Origin: Candidatus Rariloculaceae bacterium | Lineage (GTDB): Bacteria > Pseudomonadota > Gammaproteobacteria > Steroidobacterales > Rariloculaceae | Assembly: GCA_965205045.1 (NCBI GenBank) | Contig: OZ242031.1 | Location: 62,807 to 126,806 of the forward strand | Length of the DNA stretch: 64,000 bases | Direction: 5' to 3' | Part shown: piece after piece, positions 50,961 through 59,625 of the stretch | Layout of the letters: every line of letters starts with the position of its first letter | How positions within the stretch are numbered: position 1 is the first letter of the stretch | Program-made: the position numbers and the translations under genes | The notes under the pieces: model-generated | What the model was told of the DNA's origin: nothing | Seen by the model: only the letters and a program-made list of their open reading frames with translations | Database searches by the model: none

Positions 50961-52766
50961 TTACCCGCCAGCGGGATTCGAGTCGGCGCCGGCCCGGAAT
51001 TCCGGCGCCGGCGGCACCGCATCGTGCACGTTGCTCACCCCGGCAACGCCCTCGACCAAGTCGGCGTCGGAAACGGCAGGCGCGCCCCGGGCGCCCGCAA
51101 TGTCGCCGACGCTCACGGGTTTGATCGGTACGCGGGGCGCAAACAGGGAGAACTCGTCCACCCGGGTTCCGGCAAGACGTTCGAGCATTGCTGCCGCAAC
51201 CGGCGCGCAGTATCGCCCCTGGCACGGACCCATGCCCAAACGGGTACGCCGCTTCAGCATGCCGATCGTGGCGTTGCCATCTTCCACGGCCGCATCGAGG
51301 TCGCGCAGCCGAACCCCCTCGCAACGGCAAATCAGCGTTTCGGGCGTTGCCAGTTCCGTCTGGTAGCGCGGCGCGTCGAACACGCGCCACAGCGCCGCCT
51401 GGAAGATTCTGTGCCGGCGCAGGGCTCCAACGGCCTGTTCGCGCGCCCGGGCATGCCCGTCCGCCAGGTCGAAGCCCAGCGACCGCACGGCCGCGCAGGC
51501 CGCGATGACGCCTTCCTCGAGCGCCGCCGGGGCTCCGCCGAGCCCGCAGCAGTCGCCGATGGCGTAGATGCCCGGGACAGTCGTCTCGCAATGCTCGTTG
51601 CGCACGGTAACCAGGTGACCGCGCCGCGCGTCATGGCCGTGCCTGCAACCCAGGCACCTGAGCACCTCGTTGTTCGGTTGAAAGCCGTAGCCGACGCAGA
51701 CCGCATCGACCTCCAGCGTGCGGTCCGCCGGCCCTTCCTCGTCACCCACCCGGACGAGCGTCGCCGCAAGCCCGCCGTCGGCGGATTGCACCGCTTTCAG
51801 CACCCGCCGGTAGAGCACCGGCACGCCGGCGGCTCGGAGGCCGGCAAGGTAACGCAATCCGTCCAGGACCAGGCGCGGCGCAGACCGGAACAGACGGACC
51901 GAATCCAGGGGCGATGCCCGGCCCGGCGGGCGGGCGGACTCCGCCACCGCCGCCACCTTCGCTCCGGCCCGCTGCAGTTCAAACGCCACCTGCAGGTTCA
52001 GGGGCCCGTTGCCGGCCACCAGCAGGCGCTGTCCCGCAAGTACGCCGTAGCTTCGCAACAGTGTCTGGGCGGCGCCCGTGGTCATCACGCCAGGCAGGGT
52101 CCAGCCGGGAACCGGCAGGCCCCGCTCGTACGCGCCCGTTGCAACGACGGTGCGTTTCGGACGCATGATCCAACTGCTGCTCCCCTTCAGGAGGCCGAAC
52201 TCGTTCGGCGCAAAAGCGCCCCAGACTTCGGCGCCGTTGAGAATCCTCGCACCTGAACGCCGGGCGCGTTCGATCAGTTGCCGGCCGCGCTCGAATTGCC
52301 GGTCGCCGGCCAGCGATGGGGGAAGAACCGCCGCGGACGCCGGCTGCTTGAAGAATTGACCGCCCAGCGCCGGGCGCTCGTCGATGACCACGACATCGGC
52401 GCCCGACTCGGCCGCGACCGCCGCCGCGGTCAACCCGCCGGGGCCGCCGCCGATCACCAGAAGGTCCGGCGCTTCCGGCAGGTCCTCCGCGGCGCTCTCC
52501 TGCGGACGGTCGCCGGGAACCGCCCGCCCGGGCATGCGCTCGATCCGCATCCCGTCCCGCACCGTCGCCATGCAAGCGCGAACGCCGGAGCGTCCGTCCA
52601 CCCGAACCCTGCACTCCTGGCAGACCCCCATGCCGCAGAACAGGCCGCGGGCATCGCCGGGGCCGGCTTCGCGAATCGATCGCTCGCCGGCGGCGGTCAG
52701 GGCCGCGGCCACGGAAACGCCCGGACGGCACTCTATCGGGCGGTCTTCGAAATGTATGCCGGTCAT
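50961..52766 (-). CDS. Fused [2Fe-2S] (HcnA-like) + FAD/NAD(P) pyridine-nucleotide-disulfide oxidoreductase with BFD-like [2Fe-2S] domain (HcnB/OoxA/LhpF-like)
   Basis: The start is set at ATG 52766 (MTGIHFEDRPIE). Motifs are GLFCGMGVCQECRVRVDGRSGVRACMATVRDGM, DLLVIGGGPGGLTAAAVAAESG and LICRCEGV...GMGPCQGRYC. The product is 601 aa. Confidence 0.8.
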   Translation of the reverse strand: MTGIHFEDRPIECRPGVSVAAALTAAGERSIREAGPGDARGLFCGMGVCQECRVRVDGRSGVRACMATVRDGMRIERMPGRAVPGDRPQESAAEDLPEAPDLLVIGGGPGGLTAAAVAAESGADVVVIDERPALGGQFFKQPASAAVLPPSLAGDRQFERGRQLIERARRSGARILNGAEVWGAFAPNEFGLLKGSSSWIMRPKRTVVATGAYERGLPVPGWTLPGVMTTGAAQTLLRSYGVLAGQRLLVAGNGPLNLQVAFELQRAGAKVAAVAESARPPGRASPLDSVRLFRSAPRLVLDGLRYLAGLRAAGVPVLYRRVLKAVQSADGGLAATLVRVGDEEGPADRTLEVDAVCVGYGFQPNNEVLRCLGCRHGHDARRGHLVTVRNEHCETTVPGIYAIGDCCGLGGAPAALEEGVIAACAAVRSLGFDLADGHARAREQAVGALRRHRIFQAALWRVFDAPRYQTELATPETLICRCEGVRLRDLDAAVEDGNATIGMLKRRTRLGMGPCQGRYCAPVAAAMLERLAGTRVDEFSLFAPRVPIKPVSVGDIAGARGAPAVSDADLVEGVAGVSNVHDAVPPAPEFRAGADSNPAGG

Positions 52767-52966
52767 GGGTCCGGAGCCCCGGCCGGGGGCTGCCACCCCT
52801 CCGGCGCCGGCATCCGCCCGATGCGATCAACGTTCGCCGCAAACCCGCCGTCGCTGCCGTTCATGAACATGCGCCCCCCGGCGATGCGCCAACCCGCGTC
52901 CAGCCTCATCAAGCAGTCGTGATACCGGTCGAAAACCGTCGCCGCGGCGCCGTCCGGACGCCCGCC
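52763..52966 (-). pseudogene. C-terminal remnant of an NTF2/SnoaL-like gene (paralog of 24424..24915)
   Basis: The translation RPDGAAATVFDRYHDCLMRLDAGWRIAGGRMFMNGSDGGFAANVDRIGRMPAPEGWQPP aligns with ERPDGSTATIFGQYHDRFVRQEQLWRIAERRMLMNGCDAAFTVNINRLERMPPPPGWRAP from 24424..24915. There is no start codon or N-terminal half. Its stop overlaps ATG 52766 as ATGA. Confidence 0.65.
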
Positions 52967-54457
52967 CTACTCCAGAAAGTCGAAAGTGCCCGGACCGGAG
53001 GTCAACGCCTCAACGTCCTCGATTTCGATCGGAATCATCCGGCTCAACCATTCGTGCCCGTCCTCGGTGACCAGCACATCGTCTTCGAGAGCCACCCTGG
53101 GACCTTCCGGCGGCATGACGCCCTGCTCGATGGCCAGCGCCATGCCCGGCTTGAAAGGCACCAGGTAATCGCCTTCGTCGTGCACATCCATACCAATGAA
53201 GTGGCCGATGCCGTAGTAGTAGTACTCGTCGTAGCCGCCGGCATCGCGGAGCATCTCCATGGCCCTGTCGTGCAGTTGCCACCAGGTCGCTCCGGGCCTC
53301 ACCATGCCGATCACCGTTTTCTGCACGTCCAGGGCTATCTCGTAGAGTTCGCGCTGGCGCTCGGTGAAGCGTCCGTCGATGGGAGCGGTCCGCTGGACGT
53401 CGGCGGAGTAGTGATTGAACGCCGCTCCCGTGTCGGTCCATACCAGGTCGCCGGCCTGGAATACCTCCTCGGCGGCACGGGGCACGAAAGCGATCCAGCC
53501 CTCGGGAAGCTCATCGCCATCGTACGGTGTCCGCACTCCGGTACGGCGCACGGAAGTCGGAAAGCCCAGCGGCGCCCCCCGGTAGCGGTACACGAAATCG
53601 ATGACCTGCATGACCTGCAATTCCGTCATCCCCGGGCGCGTGGAGCGAAAGCCGTGGCGGACGCCTTCATTGACGATGGCGACACTGCGCCTCAGGTTCG
53701 CGATCGACCAGGAATCCTGCAACTGGCGCACCTGGTCGAGTATCTCCGCCGAGTCGCGCAGGCGTATTTCCGGCGAAAAGCGGCGGATTCGCTCGAACTC
53801 CTGCAGCCGCCCGGGTTCCGGCATCCCGAGCCGGAAGAAGCGCGGGTAGTTGAGGTAGAGCACCTTGTCGCGGGCGCCCCAGGCGCGCGACAGTGCCGCC
53901 GCCAGCGGCCAGCGCCGCACCTGGGTGATGCGCCAGTCGCGAAAGTCGGTCATGGCCACGGACAGGTCGTGCTCGAGAATGGCGAACGGCCGCACATCCT
54001 CGATACCGGTGCGCGCAGCGATGGCCGCCGGGTCCATGGAGGTGTACAGCACCACCCAGTCGCGCACCGGCTCGTCGAGGCGCCCCTCGGCATCCCCGGC
54101 CGCCGGCAGCAGCAGTAACGCCGAGTCGAGGCTGTACACGCTGTCCAGCCCGGTGAGATACGTGAAATCGTGGTTGTCCGATTCGGGCACCTGGAATTCC
54201 AGACGCCGCTCCTGGGCGCGTTCCACCGAGTAGACGATCATGGCGCCCCCGGGCATGGCTTCCATGACCCGCGCCCGGCGCTTCGCGAAAATCTCCCGCA
54301 ATTGCACGGGATCCGGATTGTCGACATCGATCCGGGCGGCAAGCGCCGCCTCGGCGGCAAAGTCGTACGAGAACGGCCTGAACCCCCGCTCGGGGTCTTG
54401 CGCAACCAGCGGAAACGCCGCCAGCACGGCGGCGAGGCAACAGAAGGCTCTGATCAT
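52967..54457 (-). CDS. Exported M24-family metallopeptidase (Xaa-Pro aminopeptidase / aminopeptidase P-like)
   Basis: 496 aa. The signal peptide is MIRAFCCLAAVLAAFPLVAQ. The metal-ligand contexts are WTDTGAAFNHYSADVQRT, GIGHFIGMDVHD, LAIEQG and ALEDDVLVT. Its start overlaps the DUF885 P3 stop as ATGA. Confidence 0.85.
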   Translation of the reverse strand: MIRAFCCLAAVLAAFPLVAQDPERGFRPFSYDFAAEAALAARIDVDNPDPVQLREIFAKRRARVMEAMPGGAMIVYSVERAQERRLEFQVPESDNHDFTYLTGLDSVYSLDSALLLLPAAGDAEGRLDEPVRDWVVLYTSMDPAAIAARTGIEDVRPFAILEHDLSVAMTDFRDWRITQVRRWPLAAALSRAWGARDKVLYLNYPRFFRLGMPEPGRLQEFERIRRFSPEIRLRDSAEILDQVRQLQDSWSIANLRRSVAIVNEGVRHGFRSTRPGMTELQVMQVIDFVYRYRGAPLGFPTSVRRTGVRTPYDGDELPEGWIAFVPRAAEEVFQAGDLVWTDTGAAFNHYSADVQRTAPIDGRFTERQRELYEIALDVQKTVIGMVRPGATWWQLHDRAMEMLRDAGGYDEYYYYGIGHFIGMDVHDEGDYLVPFKPGMALAIEQGVMPPEGPRVALEDDVLVTEDGHEWLSRMIPIEIEDVEALTSGPGTFDFLE

Positions 54458-56136
54458 GGATTTTCTCCGGGGAAAGGCTTGCCCACGACATCCCTCCAGA
54501 CGGCGCGGGCGTCGTCATCGAGTCCGGCCATCTCCCACCGGATCAGGGTCAGGGGGATGATGCCGCGCGAGAGGAGGTCGTCATGGAACTCGCCGAGGTC
54601 GAATTCCTCGCCGAGCTGGAAGGCGCGCTCGGATACCAGTTGCTCGATCTGTGTCTTTCCGAGCAGGTACATGCTGCCCAGGCCGGGGCGCCGCAGGTAG
54701 GCGACCAGGTCATACCGGCCGAGGTCTTCTTCCATGTACGGCACCCACTCCATCATGTAGGCGTTGGCCTCATCCAGGGTCATTGCGCCGGTGTGCATGC
54801 CGATCTCGGCGAAAAAGCGGCTGCCGCGCTTGATCAGGGCCGCGTAGAAGAGTTCGCGTACGCGGGGATTGTCCTCGGCAATCCCGGCCTGTATCAACGT
54901 CTCCTCAAGGTACGTGGCCCAACCTTCCGCGCGGGCGCTCTCCGAGTGGGTTCGGCGTATCGGGTTTTCAAGGCGCTGCCTCAACTCCGCATCGAAGCGA
55001 TGTCCGGGTATCGAGGCATGAATGTGGTTGTTCAAGGCGTTGCGAAACTGGAGTTCCTCCCAGAAATGACGGTCCGTCGCCGCCCGGGGGCTCCAGAAAA
55101 CATCGGTCTCGAATTCCTCCGGCATGTAGTCCGGAATGGTCAGCAGGTCGAGTTCTTCGACCAGCTCCCGGATTCTGGCCTCGGCATCGCGAGTCCTCCG
55201 CCGGTGCTGTTCCGCGCTCTGCGTCAGTTCCAGTTCGTCCAGCGACCGGTTTCTGTGGCGATCGAGCAGGTAGTTGAAGCGGTAGCGGTGAAACTCGCGC
55301 TCGCCGATGCCCACGAGGTCGTCGACCGTCTGCGGCAGCAGGCGGACGTGCTTCAGGTACCAGTTGTAGTTTTCCGTACCGATCGCGGCGGATGGTTCCA
55401 TGCCGTCGAGGTTTTCGGCCAGCCAGTCACGATACCGCTGCGCCGAGGCCGTGGCTTCCCGGCAGTCTCCGAGCAGCTCGCCGTCCCCGGGCGCAAGACG
55501 GCCGCAAAGATCCCCGAACCAGCCGATGGTCCCCTCCGGCGGCTCGTCGCGATAAGGCTCGCCCTGGCCGACGCCGTCGAAACGATCCAGCAGGAAAATC
55601 GCAAGCCCGGCCAGCTCGCCGGCCGGCTGCGTCAGGTTCTCGATGGCGTTATCCACCATCGCCGGCACGGCCTTCAGTTCCAGGGACAGCGCTGCCCGCT
55701 CGTCTGGCGTCGATGGAGCCTCCGCATAGGGTATGGCGCTGAACTGGTACAGATAGGTCAGGGGGTCGCGCGACCAGGGCTGCATCACCCGGTGCTGGAA
55801 GACGATGTCATTCATCTTCGACCAGACCAGCAGGTAGTCCACCTGCTGCGGGACGGACCATGAGGAAGTATCGATGTCGAGAAGCCGCCCGCGGAAGTCT
55901 TCGAGCTGCGCGCGTTGCTCCGCGACGGCACGGCCGCTCAGATCCGGCACGCCGTCGCGCTGCCCGGGCCTGGCGAGTTCGAGAATCTCCTCGTTCAGCC
56001 CGATCAGCCCGGTGTAGCTGCCCTGGGCGAAAGCGCCGGAGCACCACGCCAGCATCAGCATCAGCGACGCCGGAAAAAGCGTCTTTCCGACAAAGCCGCG
56101 AGGGCTCGTGGAACCCTCGCGGCCGTCAACCTTCAA
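54454..56136 (-). CDS. DUF885-family protein, paralog P3 (exported; non-canonical core motif)
   Basis: 560 aa with a TTG start 13 nt after the TonB-receptor stop. The signal-like segment is LFPASLMLMLAWCSGAFAQ. The core motif reads IHASIPGHRFD. The C-terminus is FHDDLLSRGIIPLTLIRWEMAG. Confidence 0.85.
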   Translation of the reverse strand: MKVDGREGSTSPRGFVGKTLFPASLMLMLAWCSGAFAQGSYTGLIGLNEEILELARPGQRDGVPDLSGRAVAEQRAQLEDFRGRLLDIDTSSWSVPQQVDYLLVWSKMNDIVFQHRVMQPWSRDPLTYLYQFSAIPYAEAPSTPDERAALSLELKAVPAMVDNAIENLTQPAGELAGLAIFLLDRFDGVGQGEPYRDEPPEGTIGWFGDLCGRLAPGDGELLGDCREATASAQRYRDWLAENLDGMEPSAAIGTENYNWYLKHVRLLPQTVDDLVGIGEREFHRYRFNYLLDRHRNRSLDELELTQSAEQHRRRTRDAEARIRELVEELDLLTIPDYMPEEFETDVFWSPRAATDRHFWEELQFRNALNNHIHASIPGHRFDAELRQRLENPIRRTHSESARAEGWATYLEETLIQAGIAEDNPRVRELFYAALIKRGSRFFAEIGMHTGAMTLDEANAYMMEWVPYMEEDLGRYDLVAYLRRPGLGSMYLLGKTQIEQLVSERAFQLGEEFDLGEFHDDLLSRGIIPLTLIRWEMAGLDDDARAVWRDVVGKPFPGENP

Positions 56137-56149
56137 ATCGCTACCCGGC

Positions 56150-59086
56150 CTAGAGGCCTACCTCGACGCCCACGAAGTAGCTGCGGCCCATCGGATCGTA
56201 GAGGTTGACCGCGATGTTGAGATCGGTGCCAGCAATGTAACCCCAGATCGGAGGTTCCTTGTCAGCGATGTTGTTGATGCCGAAGTTCAGCGTGGTATTT
56301 TCGGTGAAGTTCCAGCTGCCGTTCAGATTGAATATAACCCAAGGATCTTGCGTACTGGCATTAAGTAAAGTGCTCGGGGTGGTGTTCTCGTACTGCTCGA
56401 GCTGACCGACATAGTTCATCTCCGGACTCAGCGTCAGTGGGCCCGAATTCCAGTTGACGCGCAGCAGGCCGCGGAAATTCGGCGACGGACGAGTAGCCCC
56501 TCTTGAGCAGGGCCTATTGAATTTGCCCGCGCAATCGACCGCCGGAGTACTTTGCAACACTTGGATTTCGTTCGTGAATTGCCACGATCCAAACCACCGA
56601 ATGTCCATGGTTGCCTCACGATTGGGCAACGACAGCCAATCGGGTACGCTGTCAACGATGTATGTGGCCGACCAATCAAGGCCGTCCACGTTGCGGTCGG
56701 CCAGGTTCAGCAATGGGGCGTAGACGTCCAGGATATTGCCGTTCCGGTCACGGACAATCGACTGACACGAGGCAGAGTTGATATCCAAGATCGAAAAGCA
56801 GTCATTGATTAGCTGCGGGCCACCAACTGTGGCAATGGCATCCGTCATCTCGATCGTGTAGTAGTCCACCGACATGGTCAGACCGGTCAGGAAATTCGGC
56901 GAGAGCACGAATCCTGCCGTGAGGGTGTCGGCTTGTTCTTCCGACAAATCGGCGTTGCCGCCACTGATCTCGGAGTACCCCTGCCGCGCCGATACGTCCA
57001 AAGTGTCAATCAGATTGGCAGGCACGCCTTGCTGAACGCACAGATCCTTTACAGCCTGCGACGGGTTGTTGAAAGAGAAGCAAGGGTCGCTGGTCGTGTC
57101 GGGCTCGAAGCCGGTGCCAACCGGCGCCAACAGCTCGTCCAGGTTGGGCGCGCGAATGGCCGTGCCATAGCCAGCCCGGATTTTCAACTGATCGTTGACA
57201 TCCATGTCCAGAGACAGATTCCAGGTGGACACCGAACCGACAGTCGAGTAGTTGGCGGCGCGGGCCGCGCCCTCAATCGCCAGACTCTGCAAGCCCATCT
57301 GGTCGTTAAGGAGCGGAACCCTGACCTCGCCGAACACCTCGGCCAGGTCGTAACTGCCATCCGTGATGTAGGGTGCTATGGATGCGCCCGTGATATCGTT
57401 GCGCAATTGCGCCTCGTTCGGCACGATGCGGATGCTTTCCTTGCGGTATTCCGCACCGAACGCCGTCGCGACCGTGCCCGCGGGCAGCTCGAACAAATCG
57501 CCGGCGAGGGTGGCGCCCGCGACGGTCCGCTCGAATCGCTGGTCGTCAACGCGCTCGGTTCGCAGGAATTCGACCATCTCCGGTGTCAACACGTCCGTGC
57601 CGAATACGTTTACGGGCACACAGCCGCGGATCGGGTTGCGGCAACTCGCACTACCGTCTTCATCGATAACGACATCGAGGCCAAGCGACAGAGCCGACTT
57701 CGATAACAGGCCAACGAGCGAATGAACCGTATCGTTTCTGGAGAACTGATAGAACGTATCCCATGTCCAGTTGTTTTCGCCGAGGTCGAAGTCGCCGCGC
57801 AGCCCTCCGGTGGCCAGGAACGCATCGGTGGTGTAATCGAAGTCTCGCGTCCCGAATTCAATCATGCGCCGGCCGGTATTGAACACTTCGTAATTGCCAT
57901 CGCCGTCCGGATCGAACAACTCCGCGTTCTGCGCCCAGAAGTTTTGCAGCGTCGGGCTGAACACCGGGTTGTTGACCGCATCCGGGATGTAGACCGTACC
58001 GCGTGGATAGCCGGCAGACGTCGTTGGAGTGGCGTTGGCAGCCATCCGATAGTCCTGCCGGTACTTGATGTTGAAGACCTGGGCATACGCCTCGACCCGG
58101 TCGTTGATCTCGTGATGGCCTATGGCGCTGATCTGGAAGCGGTCAATGGGCCGCAACAGGAAATTGGTCTCCGCGTAGTTGTACCCGTCGCGGATATTGC
58201 AAAATGGCAACGGCTCGCCGCCAGAGCCGAAACGTACCCCTGTGAGTCGTTCGTTAGGCGGGCAATCGCCGCTGAGATCGACGCCCTTGATCTGCGTCAT
58301 TTGTTGAGAATTCAAAGAAACCCGGTTGCCAACAATATTGCCTGCGGCAAACTGCACCAGCTCGCCTTGCACGGGGTATAGGGGTATGGCGGAGAAACTC
58401 CGATCGGCCCCGAGGATTGTGCCGCGCTCGGACCAGGAAAACGCGAACGCCACGTTGCTGCTGCCATCGTCGGAGCCATAGCCCACCAATAAATCCGCCC
58501 GCTCCGTCTCGCCGTCGCCGTAACCGCTAGCGCCGCGTTGGAAGCGGGCGGTTACGCCCTGGATATCGTTGCGCAAGCGAAAGTTGACGACACCGCCGAT
58601 GGCGTCCGAACCGTAAACCGCGGAGGCGCCGCCGGTGACCAGTTCAGCCGACTGCACCATGATGTCCGGGATGCTGGCCAGGTCCGCGACACCCGAAACC
58701 TCGGCCGGGATATAGCGGCGGCCGTCAACCAGCACTAGCGTGCGCACCCTGCCCAAGCCGCGCAAGTCGGCGCTCATCGCCGCGCCTCCGTACTGATTTG
58801 AGTTGGAGGTGGTTTCGGGCCTTAGCTGGGGCATCCGGTTCACGGTCTGCTCCAGGGTCAGGAATCCCGAGTTCTGAATCTCATCCATGCCCACGGTGGC
58901 CACCGGGCTGATCTCGACGAAATCGCGGTCGCGCCGCAGGCGGGATCCGGTGACGACGACCTCTTCCAGGACGTCAACTTCGTCCTGTGCGTTGGCGACA
59001 GTGACGGTAAGGCCCGCACCTGCGGCCGCGCTTGCGATCAGAGCACACTGCACGGCCCTGCTGATTGGCGTAAGACGGTGATTCAT
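56150..59086 (-). CDS. TonB-dependent outer-membrane receptor (large, ~980 aa type)
   Basis: A GGGAGA SD precedes the start. The signal peptide ends TVANAQ. The plug opening is LEEVVVTGSRLRRDRDFVEISPVATVGMDEIQN, followed by a long beta-barrel. GC is visibly lower than in neighbouring genes. Confidence 0.9.
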   Translation of the reverse strand: MNHRLTPISRAVQCALIASAAAGAGLTVTVANAQDEVDVLEEVVVTGSRLRRDRDFVEISPVATVGMDEIQNSGFLTLEQTVNRMPQLRPETTSNSNQYGGAAMSADLRGLGRVRTLVLVDGRRYIPAEVSGVADLASIPDIMVQSAELVTGGASAVYGSDAIGGVVNFRLRNDIQGVTARFQRGASGYGDGETERADLLVGYGSDDGSSNVAFAFSWSERGTILGADRSFSAIPLYPVQGELVQFAAGNIVGNRVSLNSQQMTQIKGVDLSGDCPPNERLTGVRFGSGGEPLPFCNIRDGYNYAETNFLLRPIDRFQISAIGHHEINDRVEAYAQVFNIKYRQDYRMAANATPTTSAGYPRGTVYIPDAVNNPVFSPTLQNFWAQNAELFDPDGDGNYEVFNTGRRMIEFGTRDFDYTTDAFLATGGLRGDFDLGENNWTWDTFYQFSRNDTVHSLVGLLSKSALSLGLDVVIDEDGSASCRNPIRGCVPVNVFGTDVLTPEMVEFLRTERVDDQRFERTVAGATLAGDLFELPAGTVATAFGAEYRKESIRIVPNEAQLRNDITGASIAPYITDGSYDLAEVFGEVRVPLLNDQMGLQSLAIEGAARAANYSTVGSVSTWNLSLDMDVNDQLKIRAGYGTAIRAPNLDELLAPVGTGFEPDTTSDPCFSFNNPSQAVKDLCVQQGVPANLIDTLDVSARQGYSEISGGNADLSEEQADTLTAGFVLSPNFLTGLTMSVDYYTIEMTDAIATVGGPQLINDCFSILDINSASCQSIVRDRNGNILDVYAPLLNLADRNVDGLDWSATYIVDSVPDWLSLPNREATMDIRWFGSWQFTNEIQVLQSTPAVDCAGKFNRPCSRGATRPSPNFRGLLRVNWNSGPLTLSPEMNYVGQLEQYENTTPSTLLNASTQDPWVIFNLNGSWNFTENTTLNFGINNIADKEPPIWGYIAGTDLNIAVNLYDPMGRSYFVGVEVGL

Positions 59087-59625
59087 CGATTTATTCTCCC
59101 GTAACTGGTTTCATGCGCGACCGGCGGGCTGTCCAACACGCCACTTCAGGGTGACTGCAAAGCCCACTGGCCGCCGACGGCAAATCTCGGCCCATCGTTT
59201 TCGAATCGTTGTCGACATGCCGAGCCGACCCCCATTTGTACATACGCAACGCTTGGGCGATTGCGCACTTGGCGAATATTATGGTCACGCAAACGATTGT
59301 GTCAATGGTTTCCCGGCGATTCCAGCGATTCCCTCCAATCCCGCCAAAGAGCCCGCAACATCGAACCGCCACCCGGTCCAACATCCCGGCCAAAACGCCT
59401 GTACACAGCAGAAAACGCCGAAATGGGACGCGCCGATCCGAGGGTCGGGGACTGTCCCTACCGGTATCGCATGTAGTGAACCCGCAAAAGGACTTGTTTT
59501 GTTCGATCAATAGAAGTACGGTCCTTCAGCTCGGTCCTTCCGATTCCGTGCGCCGGTTGTCGCCCGGCGCATCGCCGGGCCTGTGGCGAGGAATGGCCGG
59601 CTAATACTAAATAGAGGGAAAGCAC

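Noticed and set aside
50961-52766. Hydrogen cyanide synthase (hcnABC)
   Set aside because: Only HcnA-like and HcnB-like parts are present (fused). No HcnC-type subunit is adjacent, and the operon context is peptidase/receptor rather than hcn-like. I therefore kept the generic call.
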